This document shows, one piece after another, positions 37,063-39,265 of a stretch of 39,265 nt of DNA. A model generated the notes under the pieces. The model was not told the DNA's origin. It saw only the letters and a program-made list of their open reading frames with translations, and made no database searches. Position 1 is the first letter of the stretch, and the number at the start of each line of letters is the position of its first letter. The stretch is from contig JANNWY010000318.1 of NCBI GenBank assembly GCA_031409335.1, positions 1-39,265 on the forward strand, in the 5' to 3' direction. A program made the position numbers and the translations under genes. The DNA comes from Chthoniobacteraceae bacterium (GTDB lineage: Bacteria > Verrucomicrobiota > Verrucomicrobiia > Chthoniobacterales > Chthoniobacteraceae).

Positions 37063-38295
37063 CTACTTTGTCGGCAGCGCGATTTCCCCCGGGGCTTTCC
37101 CCGTCGCCGGTCGCGTGAACTTTTCGCCGTAAGGCATCGTCCCCGGCACGAACCCGCCGTGCGATAGAAAAAAGCGCCCCTCTTCCACGCCCATAAATCG
37201 GTCGAGCCGGTCGGCCTTCCCCGTCCCATCGTGGCTGAAACTCGCCTCCGCCAGTTCCGTCCACGCGCCATCCACGGTGCGGATCCACTGCGGACCGTAG
37301 CGCGCCTTGCGCAGCAGGTGGCCATTGCTGCCGCCAAAATTTTCGCTGAACGAGTGCAGCCCGCGCAACAGCTTGCCATCCTTCGGCGCGCGAAAGCTCG
37401 CGATCAGCAGCCACGCCTTTTTCTCCGGGTGAAACCAGTAGCCCGTATATTCCGTGTGCGCCGCATCCGAGGACCGCGCCGCGAGCAGGAAACGCTGCGC
37501 CTCGCCCGTCTTCCACGGGTACACCAGATGCGAATGGCCGCCCGTGCCTTCATTGCCAAACACGCTCGCCTCCACGCCGTCGCCCTTCCCCAAAAGCTGC
37601 ACCTTATCTTCCGCCGCGACGTTCGTGCGATCCTTCGCATCGCCCCCCGCGCCTGCATCCCAAACCGAAAATATGATCCGCCGCTCACCCGGCCCATTCA
37701 CCTGCATCCCGAAATATCCGCGCGAAAATCCACACGCCATGTAGAACGTGTAAACCGGGTCTTCGACGGCGGTGACCTCATTGTAGAACCACTCGATCCG
37801 CGCGTCCTTCGGCAGTGGATAGTGCAGATGCACCGACGCCGCGTTGCGCCGCGGCTTCAGGTTAAAATGCGCGTCTGCCGTCGCCGGACCGTCGAGCACC
37901 AGCGCGGCGATGTCGCCCGCCGGATTCGGCGAACTCAGCTCAAACCGCACGTGACCCGCTCTCGCGATCGTGAACTCGCCAAGGCTGATCGTCTGCTCCG
38001 CGTCCGTCCCCGTTGCCGTCACCTCACGCGCTTCATCCGCGACCGCGATTCGCAGCTTCACCACCGCATCTTTTTTCAGGTTCAGCGAAAGCGCCGCCGT
38101 CAATTTCCCTGCCGTCTTCAATTCGCCAAACCAAACAATTTTCTCCGCCGCATCTTTCCAGCCGGTGACCCCTTTTGACGAAGAAACGCGGAGCGCATCC
38201 GGCTTCGGATCGCCATACGCCGTGAATGCAGGCACTCGGATTTCCGCATGAGCCGCGACGACAAAAGAGAACACGAGAACGAGGATGAGACGCAT
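37063..38295 (-). CDS. DUF3472/DUF5077 domain secreted protein
   Basis: Motifs RRNAASVHL, EWFYNEV, GYFGMQVN, IIFSVWD, FGNEGTGGHS and HSFSENF; signal peptide from ATG 38295. Confidence 0.85.
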   Translation of the reverse strand: MRLILVLVFSFVVAAHAEIRVPAFTAYGDPKPDALRVSSSKGVTGWKDAAEKIVWFGELKTAGKLTAALSLNLKKDAVVKLRIAVADEAREVTATGTDAEQTISLGEFTIARAGHVRFELSSPNPAGDIAALVLDGPATADAHFNLKPRRNAASVHLHYPLPKDARIEWFYNEVTAVEDPVYTFYMACGFSRGYFGMQVNGPGERRIIFSVWDAGAGGDAKDRTNVAAEDKVQLLGKGDGVEASVFGNEGTGGHSHLVYPWKTGEAQRFLLAARSSDAAHTEYTGYWFHPEKKAWLLIASFRAPKDGKLLRGLHSFSENFGGSNGHLLRKARYGPQWIRTVDGAWTELAEASFSHDGTGKADRLDRFMGVEEGRFFLSHGGFVPGTMPYGEKFTRPATGKAPGEIALPTK

Positions 38296-38553
38296 GCCAA
38301 ATGGCGTAGCGCATCCGACCACCGCAAGGAAAGCGCCATCGCCCGCTTTGGCGTTTAGCCGCCGGCAAAGCCGCCGCCGTTCGGAATTTGCACCACATTT
38401 CATCACACTAGGCGCATCCCAGTCTTCACCCATTTCCGAACTCTGATTCACCGCTGTTTCGCGATTCGCGGGACTGCGCAGAAATGTGTTTCGCGTGTCG
38501 CGGCGGCGCAGTTACGATTCGCGGATGGTGTATCTGTCTGTTTCCTTGCCACG

Positions 38554-39265
38554 ATGAGTGCGGCTCCAATTCAAATCGGAAATCTTTTGCTTGGCGGGGC
38601 GGCGCCGCTTTTCATCCTTGGGCCGTGCGTGATTGAGTCGGAGGAATTCGTGTGGCGGATGGCGCGCGCGATTTACCGGATCGCGTCGGAGGCGGGGGTG
38701 CCGTTCATTTTCAAGGCGAGCTATGACAAAGCGAACCGGACTTCGGTGAAGGCATTTCGTGGGATGGAAGGGCGGGAGGGATGCGCGATCCTGGCGCGGA
38801 TCGGGAAGGAACTTGGGGTGCCGGTGACGACGGATATCCACACCGCGGCGGAGGCGGAGGTGGTGGCGGAATTTGTCGATGTGCTCCAGATTCCAGCGTT
38901 CCTGTGCCGGCAGACGGATTTGATCGAGGCGGCGGCGCGGACGGGGCGGGTGGTGAATGTAAAAAAGGGGCAGTTTCTGGCACCGTGGGATGTGCGGAAT
39001 ATCGCGGACAAACTAATCGCGTTTGGCAACGAAAAGTTTTTCTTCACGGAACGCGGGACGACTTTTGGATACAATAATCTGGTCGCGGATATGCGGTCGC
39101 TTTTCTGGATTCGCGAGGCTGGGTATCGCGTGGTGTTCGATGCGACGCATTCCGTGCAGCGGCCCGGCGGGGCGGGGGATAAGACGGGCGGCGATGGCAT
39201 CCTCGCACCCGTGCTGGCGCGGGCGGCGGTGGCGGCGGGGTGCGACGGGATTTTTATCGAGACGC
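38554..39265 (+). CDS. kdsA: 3-deoxy-8-phosphooctulonate (KDO8P) synthase, runs off the window end
   Basis: Absent from the ORF track because there is no stop in the window. Manual translation from ATG 38554 gives GPCVIES, FKASYDKANRTS, QIPAFLCRQTDL, KKGQFLAP, ERGTTFGYNNLV and FDATHSVQRPGG. Confidence 0.95.
   Translation, partial: MSAAPIQIGNLLLGGAAPLFILGPCVIESEEFVWRMARAIYRIASEAGVPFIFKASYDKANRTSVKAFRGMEGREGCAILARIGKELGVPVTTDIHTAAEAEVVAEFVDVLQIPAFLCRQTDLIEAAARTGRVVNVKKGQFLAPWDVRNIADKLIAFGNEKFFFTERGTTFGYNNLVADMRSLFWIREAGYRVVFDATHSVQRPGGAGDKTGGDGILAPVLARAAVAAGCDGIFIET

Noticed and set aside
38296..38553. tRNA or other RNA gene in the larger intergenic gaps (also 34145-34304 and 26097-26253)
   Set aside because: No cloverleaf, T-loop GTTCRA in context or CCA end was found; these are probably promoter regions.

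Overview
GC-rich bacterial chromosomal window whose gene content and style suggest Verrucomicrobiota (Chthoniobacter/Pedosphaera-like); this assignment is inference. It has two parts. (1) About 1-12.9 kb is an accessory patch of mostly co-oriented, unrelated genes whose complete members all carry Sec or Tat export signals: FG-GAP protein, two DUF1080-like proteins, a Gfo/Idh/MocA-like protein, a propeller-SIS fusion, a TIM-barrel isomerase, a ThuA-like protein and an esterase. These are interleaved with gene debris (a ~91%-identical copy of the 3' end of the first gene, plus probable nucleotidyltransferase, ltaE and autotransporter-repeat fragments) and a long hairpin. (2) About 13-39 kb is core-like: DUF309, two CNNM/CBS proteins, cimA, rsmI, an acyltransferase, a minus-strand run (lutB, lutC, hldD, Gfo/Idh/MocA, four-helix-bundle, PIG-L, DUF1080, NagB-like), a GT2/GT-C glycosylation cluster, a sulfatase, DUF1361, hscB/hscA-like chaperones, DUF3472 and a partial kdsA. 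The most striking unexplained structure is a set of 7-nt-period tandem repeats at gene junctions. Their unit sequences differ but they are often arranged as inverted arm pairs. One pair encloses a four-helix-bundle (23S-IVS/Avd-like) gene, others are empty, and several supply the stop or start codons of neighbouring genes. No tRNA, rRNA, CRISPR array, integrase, transposase or reverse transcriptase was recognised. Family calls come from motif recognition, not database searches.
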